64,000 nucleotides of DNA, taken from contig JAUCBJ010001168.1 of the NCBI GenBank assembly GCA_032718475.1, positions 40,511-104,510 of the forward strand, given 5' to 3'. This DNA is from Nemertoderma westbladi (taxonomy: Eukaryota > Animalia > Xenacoelomorpha). This document shows, piece after piece, positions 1 through 11,400 of this stretch. Both the position numbers and the translations under genes were made by a program. The notes beneath the pieces are model-generated. The model was not told where the DNA came from and searched no databases. It was given only the letters and a program-made list of their open reading frames with translations. Each line of letters begins with the position of its first letter. The stretch's first letter is position 1.

Positions 1-826
1 AGCGACGGACTTCCATCGCTTACCGACTTTACTGGTTCTAGTGGCCATTTTGGCCCTACCTGCAGACGACACCTAAACCTCCAGATTAACCTCGGCATCG
101 GCGTCGTTCGAACCTGCCCTCCCCGTTAACTTTATCCACCATGTGTGTGCGGCCCTACGTACACTTCATCTAACACTATGATCCCAGATCACTTCAATTC
201 AAACAGTTCAGTGGCAACCTCCTGCGGCCTCTCATTCGCCAGTTCTCCCTGCCCAAATCATACTAAATACCGAAAGTGTTTAGTAGACTCACCAATCTTT
301 TTCATCAGTTTGGTTTAATCTACCTTATGGCTTTTCTTCTCTTCGTCAATGAGTCACCTGGTGGTGTTATAGCCCTCATCAGTCACTGGCTTACCATCAC
401 ATCCTCGTCCTCGACCTCCTGGTTCTCCCTCCTTGTTCGGCATCGTACTGCGGCCCGTCTGTCACCATTCCATCAGGCTGCGCACCACCTGTAGCCCCTT
501 GTTGGCTGGTGGTCCCTGATGCTGCACATGTGAACTTAGCCTTTTAGATTACTTATTTTACTAATTTTAAGCTCAAAACACCATTTTATATTGATAAAGT
601 TGGTTACAATATAATATTGGCTATTTCTGTTGAACAATTCTTTGTTGAGGGTTTTAACGCCATCTAGTGCCATTATACACATATTCTACCTCCCATTGGC
701 TGTATCATTCTATTACGGTTAATTTAATAAATATGAGCTTGGTTGGTTGGATGCTGGTTCACTGTGTACATGTTGTGCTGCAGTGGAATTACATCTCCCA
801 TGCAGGACTTTAATCCGCTAGTCAGA

Positions 827-1632
827 TTTTTCCACCGAGGATCTCAGAGCATTGACCGATTCCAACGAGGATCTTGACACAGCGCCTCAGAGCATTGACC
901 TTTTCCACCGATGATCTTGACACAGCGCCTCAGAGCATTGACCTTTTCCACCGATGATCTCGACATAGCGCCTCAGAGCATTGACCTTTTCCACCGATGA
1001 TCTCGACACAGTGCCCCAGAGCATTGACCTTTTCTACCAATGATCTCGACACAGCGCCTCAGAGCATTGACCTTTTCCACCGATGATCTCGACACAGCGC
1101 CCCAGAGCATTGACCTTTTCTACCAATGATCTCGACACAGCGCCTCAGAGCATTGACCTTTTCCACCGAGGATCTCGAAATAGCGCCTCAGAGCATTGAC
1201 CTTTTCCACCGGTGATCTCGACACAGCGCCCCAGAGCATTGACCTTTTCTACCAATGATCTCGACACAGCGCCCCAGAGCATTGACCTTTTCCACCGAGG
1301 ATCTCGAAATAGCGCCTCAGAGCTTTGACCTTTTCCACCGATGATCTCGACAAAGCGCCTCAGAGCATGTACCTTTTCCACCGATGATCTCGCACAGCGC
1401 CCCAGAGCATGGACCTTTTCCACCGATGATCTCGACACAGCGCCTCAGAGCATTGACCTTTTCCACCAATGATCTCGACACAGCGCCCCAGAGCATTGAC
1501 CTTTTCCACCGATGATCTCGACACAGCGCCCCAGAGCATGGACCTTTTCCACCGATGATCTCGACACAGCGCCTCAGAGCATTGACCTTTTCCGCCGATG
1601 ATCTCGACACAGCGCCTCAGAGTATTGACCTT
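827..1632. repeat. 43-bp tandem repeat (minisatellite), ~18 copies
   Basis: Unit AGCGCCTCAGAGCATTGACCTTTTCCACCGATGATCTCGACAC recurs with period 43 (881, 924, ...). Units are directly adjacent, with no spacers. Confidence 0.95.
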
Positions 1633-1866
1633 CTTGGATCACCTCATGTTGCTGTTGAGGATGGTAAGCCTCTCGCAAAGCAATCTATTCAGCATACGTG
1701 CAAAATTGGTCTATAATGGTTAGTTAAATTATTTTTTTAAGTCGATTTTTTTTGGGTGAAATGGTCAAATATTTTGTGAATTTAATTGGTAGCATTAAAA
1801 TATTTCCAATACGTGAATGAATAATATATGGTAAAATATTGATTAGTTTGGATATCAACTGCAACT

Positions 1867-2628
1867 ATGAGAAACTTCTGGGCCATCAAGATGTATGTCT
1901 CAGTTATTATTCTTGAATTGATCTCCACAATTGGAACAGGACAGACAATTTGTGGCTCTTCAATATGTAGTGACTTCGCAGTCTGTGACAGTGGGTGTTG
2001 CCAGTGTGTAATGCCACAGATAGGTAATGGTACTCAATGCATTGTTTTTGACTCCGATCCAAAAGATCCTAAACTCTGGATCCATGGTACCATAGGCATA
2101 CATGTCAATGAAGTGGCGGTTGACAGGGGTTATATCAGTGGCATTGTATATCTAAGCCACAATGATATAGTAACTGGAGTGGTGGGTCGTCATCATATCA
2201 CCAGTCCACGCGCCTTCACACGCAACCTGACATTCATTATTGAGGATGTGTATGACATCAGCCCATTGGAGATATTACAGAGTCCATGCATATGGATGAC
2301 ATTGGGGTTAACAACCCATAGGAATAACGGCTACAGTTTAACTGGAGGCTATGCCACTGCATCCGGAAACATTAGCTATGTAGGAATGCCTGAATATTCC
2401 CTTGACTACCAGATTGTATTTAACGGTCTGGAAAAAGATGATGTCAGCTATCACTTAAATACAAAAATAAGCATAAATGGAACTATTCCAAAACGTGAAC
2501 CAGCTTCTAAGATAACAGTTAAGAATTACAATGATACGTATCACCATGTGTCAGCAGGATTAGTTACCGGAAAATTTAAACGTAACATCACGATCACAAA
2601 ACAGTCTGGTGAAGAACAGGAATATCAG
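1867..2628 (+). CDS. Exon 1 of a secreted nidogen/hemicentin-like protein (signal peptide, EGF-like module, G2F beta-barrel domain)
   Basis: Hydrophobic N-terminus, then Cys-rich CSDFAVCDSGCCQCVMPQIGNGTQC. G2F-like motifs follow (NNGYSLTGG, INGTIP, ITVKNYNDTYHH). Ends at donor CAG|GTGAGA (2629) in phase 0. Confidence 0.8.
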
Positions 2629-2700
2629 GTGAGATAAGATCAACAACCTATTATTATGATGACATGACTAATAACTTGTATTATAGACTACATGAAATGA

Positions 2701-2718
2701 TAGGTAGGTAGGTAGGTA
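2701..2718. repeat. (TAGG)n microsatellite
   Basis: taggtaggtaggtaggta. Confidence 0.8.
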
Positions 2719-2769
2719 TGTACAAACTGAAATATATTGAGAAGCGAAATGAAATTCTATTCAATTTGA

Positions 2770-3430
2770 CAAACCTTTGAACGGGCCTCTCGGTTCAAGG
2801 AGACACATTAGCCACCTTCCCCTTTATTATTGTCATGGACTATGTGCTGAAGAATCTCTCAATATCCATAGCGCTGAAGCGGTGGTAATATACCCACCAT
2901 CAGGTAGTCATGGATGGTTGTGATGGGCTCCCAGCGGAACATCTACCTGATCTTGACTTTGAGGATGATCTTGTTCTACAGTCATATACATTGAAGGGAG
3001 CACAGATGCTGTTATCTAACTTAGAGAATGCGCATCCAGTGTTGGCATCTTTGAGAACAGCACAAAGACCAAAATTCCGAAAGTAAACATTGACTCCAAC
3101 CACCAGAAATTCGATCGTGATAACATGCAATCCCTGGATGGAATGGAAGTCATGTGAATGATATCTGCTACGTTGAATCATTGGTTATGCCTGGTGAATC
3201 TCCGAATTCGCAAAGGGAAAGCCTGGTGTGGCAATCCACGAGCTATCATTGTTGATCTGGAAGAGCGGTAAAATCTCATGTTCTTTGTTCTATGTAGGTA
3301 TGCCTTTCCCATGCACCAGTGGTGCTGCTCTATGTCAGCCCATCATGCTGGGCTCTAACTGCTGATTCAACTACTGTCTCAGGATGATACATATACCAGG
3401 ATGCTGCGACAGGGTGCACAACATTGCCTA
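2770..3430 (+). pseudogene. Degenerate RTE-like LINE reverse-transcriptase fragment in intron 1
   Basis: Frameshifted translations QGDTLA, FIIVMDYVL and LPDLDFEDDLVLQSYTLKGAQMLLSNLEN match the RTE ORF at 5698-7416. Confidence 0.75.
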
Positions 3431-4881
3431 TGATGCATGCATAACTTGCAAATAAATACATGTAAATAAATTATTGAACCGCTTTATATTGGATTCCTTA
3501 TACAGTAGAAAATAATTTATATACCAGTAATAGGGAGATATTATGCGATTCTATAATTAATTCTTATTGTGATATTTAACGGTGCACAGACGCAGACGGT
3601 GGCTGGCCGGGAAGGCCCGTTGCACAAAGCACCTTCTTTACACATATATTACAGGTTCGTAGAGCCTTCGCGCAGCACGAGGCTCAGTTATGAGACACAA
3701 GTTAAAATTGAGTGATTCTATCACAAAATCTGTACTTCAGATACAAAACCGCCATTCAATAAAAGAAAGGGGTATATAATTAAAAAGTAAAGTAAATTTT
3801 CTTCCGCCGTTAAGTCAGTGATTACGCCCAAAGTCTTACGACTTATTTTCGTTGCGGTCCCCCAGAACTATTCTCCCAAGAGAAAACTCCAGTACTCAAT
3901 CAGCTATCATTTAAGGATACAAGCGCATAAGCTAAGATATATAAGTTCAACGAAGTGAATATGCATGCTAACAAGAACTGACATACTGTACGCAATAAGA
4001 TGATATACAATAGGGTTGGTGCACGAAAAAAATGTTGGGCTAAAAAACAATTGAATAAGGGGTAAAAAGGGTGCCCTGCATCGAGTGGTGGGGTCTGTTT
4101 TTTGTAAAAACACGTCGAAACGGTCGAAATGGCGGGATTAAGTAACTGCCTGAGGCCAATTTTGAAAATCGACTGTAATTGGCTGCTACAAATTGTTAGA
4201 ATAGCTTGCAATTGTTTGGCGGGAGATTCGAATCGAGGAAAAGAGTTATTCTTATTAATTGCTTATTTCTGTTGTGTCGTATTAATCTGCAGTCTGCAGT
4301 TAGCTGTATGACTGTATGGATTGCTGGACTTGTTACTGGATCTGACACTCGTGATCTGTTGGGGCGACCCCTTCCACGTAGTTGTTCGGTGATGGTGGTG
4401 TTCAGTGATCTGGCTGTGGTGGCCTACAGTTTAGTCTACACTACTATTGTATATTTCTGATATAACTGATATTTCTGTATTTACAATAAATATATGTTCT
4501 ATGTTTCAAACTCATTTATCATTTGATGCCACATGAATTTAACACGAATTTGACGTCATTACGCAGTGATCTGATAATTTTTTATCTTGGTTTCTATGGG
4601 GAGAGATTTTCGATCGATTCAAATACACATTAAATCTCAATTATTTTACACGTATATCAATTGAAGAGAGTTTTGCAGTTACTGTGTATCGAAACCTACA
4701 TTAACACATTATAACTATGGGAGAGGATAAGTAACAGTAAAGTAAAAGGTAGTCTTTATGATCAAGATTTCAAGCCCGCTTAACAGAATTATACTAGATT
4801 ATACTCCTTCGATTTTCCACAATACTATTACTTTTACAGCTAGAGTCTGTAATTGTTGTATATATTTTTATTACGTTTTAG

Positions 4882-5044
4882 ATTATAATGAATTTGAAAG
4901 TGACTTTCAATGAGTGCATGGGATCACAACCTACCAGGGGCAGTTGGATAGCAACGAAAAACACAGAGGTGTGGTTCAGAGATTATAAATCAAGAATAAA
5001 GGATAATGTACTAATTTGGGAGGCGAATGTGGAAGCTACTGGGG
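4882..5044 (+). CDS. Exon 2 of the nidogen-like gene (end of G2F domain)
   Basis: Acceptor TTTTAG| at 4881 and donor |GTAAGT at 5045. Reads IIMNLKVTFNECMGSQPTRGSWIATKNTEVWFRDYKSRIKDNVLIWEANVEATG in frame with exon 1; VTFNEC resembles the nidogen G2F ITFQEC segment. Ends in phase 1, as expected before an EGF exon. Confidence 0.7.
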
Positions 5045-5284
5045 GTAAGTAGCTTCAGATACATACGGATGTATACATACATACAGATGAATTTAAAGTA
5101 GGCCTACAGTAGGCTGTACCACTGCACGGTTGCATAATATTGCGCTGTTTTGAAATGATTGGACCATAATGCCTCAGCAATGTCTGGCGAGTAACAACAG
5201 CATAGAGAGTGAGGAAAGTAATTATTGTTAAGGCCCGGGTCACACATGAGCTTTCAACTTTCAACATTATAATACCAGAATAAA

Positions 5285-5654
5285 AGTGGTATTGGACCTC
5301 TTAAGTACAAGGCAAGGTAAAAAAATTAAGGCAAAAAACTTCTCCGAAGTACTACTGTATCTGAAAATTTTACAACTGATAACAACAACAACAACGTACC
5401 ACCTTTCAAATCAAGAGTTCCAAACAATGTTTCTGATTGGTACAGTATGATAGACGACAGGAAAAACATAGACATAGTTTATATTGATATCTAAGGCTTT
5501 CGATAGTTGTGTACACCCAAAGGTGCTTTGTAACTTGTCATCTTATGGTATATGTGGAGATTTGCTTCCTTGGTTAGGAGCATTCCTCTCTAATAGAACG
5601 CAACGCTTTCTTGTTGGAAATGAATTTTCGGATAATGTACCAGTCTCATCTGGC
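5285..5654 (+). pseudogene. CR1-like LINE ORF2 fragment, interrupted by the RTE insertion
   Basis: Reads DWYSMIDDRKNIDIVYID / SKAFDSCVHPKVLCNLSSYGICGDLLPWLGAFLSNRTQRFLVG...VSSG and stops at the RTE tail. Confidence 0.75.
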
Positions 5655-7626
5655 ACTACTACTACTAGGATCGGCATGCTGCATTGCAGCTGCATTTTTA
5701 AGAATGCTGTGCCGGCCTATCGACAAAATTGCACCGCCACAACTCCCTATCACCCATGACATTTGCTAGATCATCCGCATCTTCAAGGCCAGTGTCCTTT
5801 AAGATGCGCCTCAAGAAAGTCATGGGCTGTCCACCATGCTTATTCACTCCATGAGGCTGCCAAAGTACAAGATTATGCATTGGCTGGTCCTCACGGCGAA
5901 AGCAATGTCCTGCAAAGCGGAGGCGATTTTGTTCTTGTGTCAAGCTTGGGGGAACCAATGAGACACCTCCAATGTTATATAGTGTCTGGTTGGAGATGTG
6001 TGCATTGAACTTGACACAATGAATTCTTGTGAATGTGCCATCCAGAGATTTGGTGTCCTCAGCAGTTAGAGCCCAGCATGGACTCCCATAGAGGAGTACT
6101 TGAACTACTGCTGCTCTAAATAACCGGACCTTAAGTTTCCAATTAATTCTCGGTGACTTCCAAATCCTGGAAAGCCTATTCAAGGCTGCCCAAGCCCATG
6201 CCTTTCCCTTGCGTATTCGAAGGTCCTCACCTGACTTCCGGATCCATGATCCCAGGTAACAGAAGTCATGCACATGCTCAAGCATACCATCTTTTGAGCT
6301 TATGCTCATCCGATCAGAGACTTGGTGAGGACTTTCAAAGTTAATTGTCAAAATTTTGGTCTTTCTGGAGTTAATAAAAAGACCAACACTAGAAGCAGCA
6401 TGTTCTAATGAGCTGAGGAGCCGTTGGGCTCCCTCTAGTGATTCTGAGAGTACTCCTAAGTCATCAGCAAAGTCTAGATCAGTTAGGTACTTGGCAGGAT
6501 TTCCTCGACTTCTGGAGCCAGTAGGTGGAGTTATCATCACCCCATCATCATTATGATGATCTAAGGACATGCGTAGAACATAGTCAACAACAATTATGAA
6601 CAAGAATGGTGCAAGTGTGTCTCCCTGGAGGACGCCCCATAACACTTCAAATGGTTCTGTGTCACCGTCAACAGTAGACACAAATGTTGTCGAACCATCG
6701 TATACTGATCTGATTGCTGCAATAATTTCATCAGGAATCCCATATATTGAAAGTATGCTGAACATACGTGAACGAGAGACTGAATCAAAGGCCTTGAAGA
6801 AGTCAACAAAGATAACAGCCAGATGCCTCTCTTTCTTATTTGATAACTCTTCAATTATCCTTCTAAGTGCCAAAATGGGCTCCATGGTCCCACGACCTTT
6901 ACGGAACCCATTCTGATTTCCACGGAGCACTCTCTCAATGGGATCCCTGATGCGATTTAATAGAATTATATTGTTTAGCTTTGCAGCAATCGAGATCAAT
7001 GAGATTCCCCGAAAAGAACCATAGAGTGTTAGGTTGCCCTTCTTGGGAACTGGCACCAACTTATTTGTTTTCATTTCTTGTGGGACTCTTGTTGTTCGGT
7101 ACATGTCTACTATGATGCTATAGATGAGCTTTAAACACTCAGGTATTTTAAAGACCTCAGGGGGAACACCATCTACTCCACTGGCACGATTGGTCTTAAT
7201 GCTCTTTGCAGCAGCCTTCACTTCTGCAAAGGAGATATCGCCAATGGGAATATCTGGGAGTACAGACTCAGACACTTTTACTTCTATAAAGTTATCAGGC
7301 AATACCCTGTCATTATTGAGGAGCTTTTCAAAGTGGGCCTTCCAACCATTGAGGCGATCGGCTGGTGATTCAGCCTTAACCTTGGTGGTTGGTTGGCTTT
7401 TTCGACCAGCAAGCAAGTTGATCGATCTCCATGCCTGGGATGATTGCCTGCTGTCGTCAGCATCATTGATGGCATCAACCTGTTGGTTTATTAGCTTCTG
7501 TAGATTAACAGAGTACTACCTGTTCAGGGACCTAGATGCAGCCTTAACTGTATTCTTGGCCGCTGTAGTCTGTTTGAGTCGGGACTCTTTCTGCGCCTTA
7601 TAGAGGTCATTTCGGCACTTCTGAAT
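5655..7626 (-). mobile_element. 5'-truncated RTE-like non-LTR retrotransposon with (TAG)n 3' tail
   Basis: RT ORF plus tail seen as actactactactag at 5655-5668 on +. No endonuclease domain is retained. Confidence 0.85.
5698..7416 (-). CDS. RTE-like reverse transcriptase (partial)
   Basis: Motifs QNGFRKGR, FVDFFKAFDSV, GVLQGDTLAPFLF, DLDFADD, FCYLGS, RLRFAGHCFRR. Confidence 0.85.
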   Translation of the reverse strand: MLAGRKSQPTTKVKAESPADRLNGWKAHFEKLLNNDRVLPDNFIEVKVSESVLPDIPIGDISFAEVKAAAKSIKTNRASGVDGVPPEVFKIPECLKLIYSIIVDMYRTTRVPQEMKTNKLVPVPKKGNLTLYGSFRGISLISIAAKLNNIILLNRIRDPIERVLRGNQNGFRKGRGTMEPILALRRIIEELSNKKERHLAVIFVDFFKAFDSVSRSRMFSILSIYGIPDEIIAAIRSVYDGSTTFVSTVDGDTEPFEVLWGVLQGDTLAPFLFIIVVDYVLRMSLDHHNDDGVMITPPTGSRSRGNPAKYLTDLDFADDLGVLSESLEGAQRLLSSLEHAASSVGLFINSRKTKILTINFESPHQVSDRMSISSKDGMLEHVHDFCYLGSWIRKSGEDLRIRKGKAWAWAALNRLSRIWKSPRINWKLKVRLFRAAVVQVLLYGSPCWALTAEDTKSLDGTFTRIHCVKFNAHISNQTLYNIGGVSLVPPSLTQEQNRLRFAGHCFRREDQPMHNLVLWQPHGVNKHGGQPMTFLRRILKDTGLEDADDLANVMGDRELWRCNFVDRPAQHS

Positions 7627-7689
7627 TTGTCAGTCCAGGGGGCCCGTATCCTGTTTCGAGGCTATACAGGAACTGTTTCTGCAGCTGCT

Positions 7690-7800
7690 AACATATCTAA
7701 AATACTGGAAACTGCAGCACCAAAACGCTTTATTCGAATACGTGGTGATTCACAACCATGGATAAATAGTGATATATTACACATTATAGCAGCAAAAACA
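7690..7800 (+). pseudogene. Short CR1-like ORF2 linker fragment
   Basis: ILETAAPKRFIRIRGDSQPWINSDILHII resembles the AP...PWI linker between endonuclease and RT. Confidence 0.45.
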
Positions 7801-7861
7801 ATGCCCTGACAAGTTTTCACAAAAATCCGACCCGTGTCAACGAGCAGCATTATAAACGCCT

Positions 7862-8482
7862 TAGCACTCCGGTTTAGCACTCCGGTTTTCCATACCTCCG
7901 CTGGGATTTCATCTAATCCACTTGCTTTATTATTGGACATGCTTTTAATGCTTCGTTGGAGTTCGGCAGGTGTGAAGTCCCCTGTTTCTATAGGTAGTGT
8001 CTTGTCATATATTTTCCTTGTAGGGTTGACCTCGATGTTTGGTGGCTGCCCAAGCAAGTTGCTGAAGTGATTTTTCCACTTCCCAACACGTTCTTCAGGA
8101 CTATCTGCTTTGAGGCGCCCCTTTGCACAACTTTTCCGACCAGATACCTCATTTACAGTTTGCCAGGTAAGTCTTGATTGTTGCTGTATGTGAGCAGTTG
8201 TCATTGCTTCAATTTTATCCTGTATGTACTTTTCCTGGCTGATGTTGTAGGTCAATTTAAGATCGTCCTTAGCTTTCTCAACCTTGTTAATGTTTTCGGT
8301 TGTTGGTTGTTCGGTTTTAACTTTGTAGGCTATCTTAAGATCTTCTCTCTTACAAGTAACCTCAGAGTTTTGCCATGGCACATACTGTTTTCGTTTGGGT
8401 TTCTGTTTTTTTCTGGTTTTTTCATAAATAAGAAGGGGATATTTCTGGGGGATATGCCTCTTAGCTGATTCCTGGTACCGGT
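7862..8482 (-). pseudogene. Fragment of a second RTE-like subfamily (pre-RT region)
   Basis: SGRKS...KADSPEERVGKWKNHFSNLL...KASGLDEIPAEVWK is homologous to the N-terminus of the 5698-7416 ORF. Confidence 0.75.
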
Positions 8483-11400
8483 ACATTTAATGTATTACCT
8501 AGAACAGCTAACAGTTTATGTATTACCTAGAACAGCTAACATTTAATGTATTACCTAGAACAGCTAACATTTAATGTATTACCTAGAACAGCTAACATTT
8601 AATGTATGACCTAGAACTGCTAACAATTATTGTATTACCTAGAACAGCTAACATTTAATGTATTACCTAGAACAGCTAACATTTAATGTATTACCTAGAA
8701 CAGCTAACATTTAATGTATTACCTAGAACAGCTAACATTTAATGTATTACCTAGAACTGCTAACAATTATTGTATTACCTAGAACAGCTAACATTTAATG
8801 TATTACCTAGAACAGCTAACATTTAATGAATTAAATAGAACAGCTAACATTTAATGTATTACCTAGACCAGCTAACATTTAATGTATTACCTAGAACAGC
8901 TAACATTTAATGTATTACCTAGACCAGCTAACATTTAATGTATTACCTAGAACAGCTAACATTTAATGTATTACCTAGACCAGCTAACATTTAATGTATT
9001 ACCTAGAACAGCTAACATTTAATGTATTACCTAGAACAGCTAACATTTAATTTATTACCTAGAACAGCTAACATTTAATGTATTACCTAGAACAGCTAAC
9101 ATTTAATGTATTACCTAGACCAGCTAACATTTAATGTATTACCTAGAACAGCTAACATTTAATGTATTACCTAGACCAGCTAACATTTAATGTATTACCT
9201 AGACCAGCTAACATTTAATGTATTACCTAGACCAGCTAACATTTAATGTATTACCTAGACCAGCTAACATTTAATGTATTACCTAGAACAGCTAACATTT
9301 AATGTATTACCTAGACCAGCTAACATTTAATGTATTACCTAGACCAGCTAACATTTAATGTATTACCTAGACCAGCTAACATTTAATGTATTACCTAGAA
9401 CAGCTAACATTTAATGTATTACCTAGAACAGCTAACATTTAATGTATTACCTAGACCAGCTAACATTTAATGTATTACCTAGAACAGCTAACATTTAATT
9501 TATTACCTAGAACAGCTAACATTTAATGTATTACCTAGAACAGCTACCATTTAATGTATTACCTAGAACAGCTAACATTTAATGTATTACCTAGACCAGC
9601 TAACATTTAATGTATTACCTAGAACAGCTAACATTTAATGTATTACCTAGAACAGCTAACATTTAATTTATTACCTAGAACAGCTAACATTTAATGAATT
9701 ACCTAGAACAGCTAACATTTAATGTATTACCTAGAACAGCTAACATTTCATGTATTACCTAGAACAGCTAACATTTAATGTATTACCTAGACCAGCTAAC
9801 ATTTAATGTATTACCTAGAACAGCTAACATTTAATTTATTACCTAGAACAGCTAACATTTAATGTATTACCTAGAACAGCTAACATTTAATGTATTACCT
9901 AGAACAGCTAACATTTAATGTATTACCTAGAACTGCTAACAATTATTGTATTACCTAGAACAGCTAACATTTAATGTATTACCTAGAACAGCTAACATTT
10001 AATGAATTAAATAGAACAGCTAACATTTAATGTATTACCTAGACCAGCTAACATTTAATGTATTACCTAGAACAGCTAACATTTAATGTATTACCTAGAC
10101 CAGCTAACATTTAATGTATTACCTAGAACAGCTAACATTTAATGTATTACCTAGACCAGCTAACATTTAATGTATTACCTAGAACAGCTAACATTTAATG
10201 TATTACCTAGAACAGCTAACATTTAATTTATTACCTAGAACAGCTAACATTTAATGTATTACCTAGAACAGCTAACATTTAATGTATTACCTAGACCAGC
10301 TAACATTTAATGTATTACCTAGAACAGCTAACATTTAATGTATTACCTAGACCAGCTAACATTTAATGTATTACCTAGACCAGCTAACATTTAATGTATT
10401 ACCTAGACCAGCTAACATTTAATGTATTACCTAGACCAGCTAACATTTAATGTATTACCTAGAACAGCTAACATTTAATGTATTACCTAGACCAGCTAAC
10501 ATTTAATGTATTACCTAGACCAGCTAACATTTAATGTATTACCTAGACCAGCTAACATTTAATGTATTACCTAGAACAGCTAACATTTAATGTATTACCT
10601 AGAACAGCTAACATTTAATGTATTACCTAGACCAGCTAACATTTAATGTATTACCTAGAACAGCTAACATTTAATTTATTACCTAGAACAGCTAACATTT
10701 AATGTATTACCTAGAACAGCTAACATTTAATGTATTACCTAGAACAGCTAACATTTAATGTATTACCTAGACCAGCTAACATTTAATGTATTACCTAGAA
10801 CAGCTAACATTTAATGTATTACCTAGAACAGCTAACATTTAATTTATTACCTAGAACAGCTAACATTTAATGTATTACCTAGAACAGCTAACATTTAATG
10901 TATTACCTAGAACAGCTAACATTTGATGTATTACCTAGAACAGCTAACATTTAATGTATTGCCTAGACCAGCTAACATTTAATGTATTACCAGAACAGCT
11001 AACATTTAATTTATTACCTAGAACAGCTAACATTTAATGTATTACCTAGAACAGCTAACATTTAATATATTACCTAGACCAGCTAACATTTAATGTATTA
11101 CCTAGAACAGCTAACATTTAATGTATTACCTAGACCAGCTAACATTTAATGTATTACCTAGAACAGCTAACATTTAATGTATTACCTAGAACAGCTAACA
11201 TTTAATTTATTACCTAGAACAGCTAACATTTAATGTATTACCTAGAACAGCTAACATTTAATGTATTACATAGAACAGCTAACATTTCATATATTACCTA
11301 GAACAGCTAACATTTAATGTATTACCTAGACCAGCTAACATTTAATGTATTACCTAGAACAGCTAACATTTAATTTATTACCTAGAACAGCTAACATTTA

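Noticed and set aside
1-820. ORF 276-494 and small hairpins at the window start
   Set aside because: No recognisable domain, splice structure or repeat boundary.
827-1632. CRISPR-like array
   Set aside because: Units are contiguous with no unique spacers, there are no cas genes, and the context is eukaryotic. ORFs 1145-1438 and 1317-1610 are repeat artefacts.
3480-4760. Possible DNA transposon or MITE in intron 1 and its short ORFs
   Set aside because: I could not find terminal inverted repeats, a TSD or transposase motifs by eye; left unannotated.
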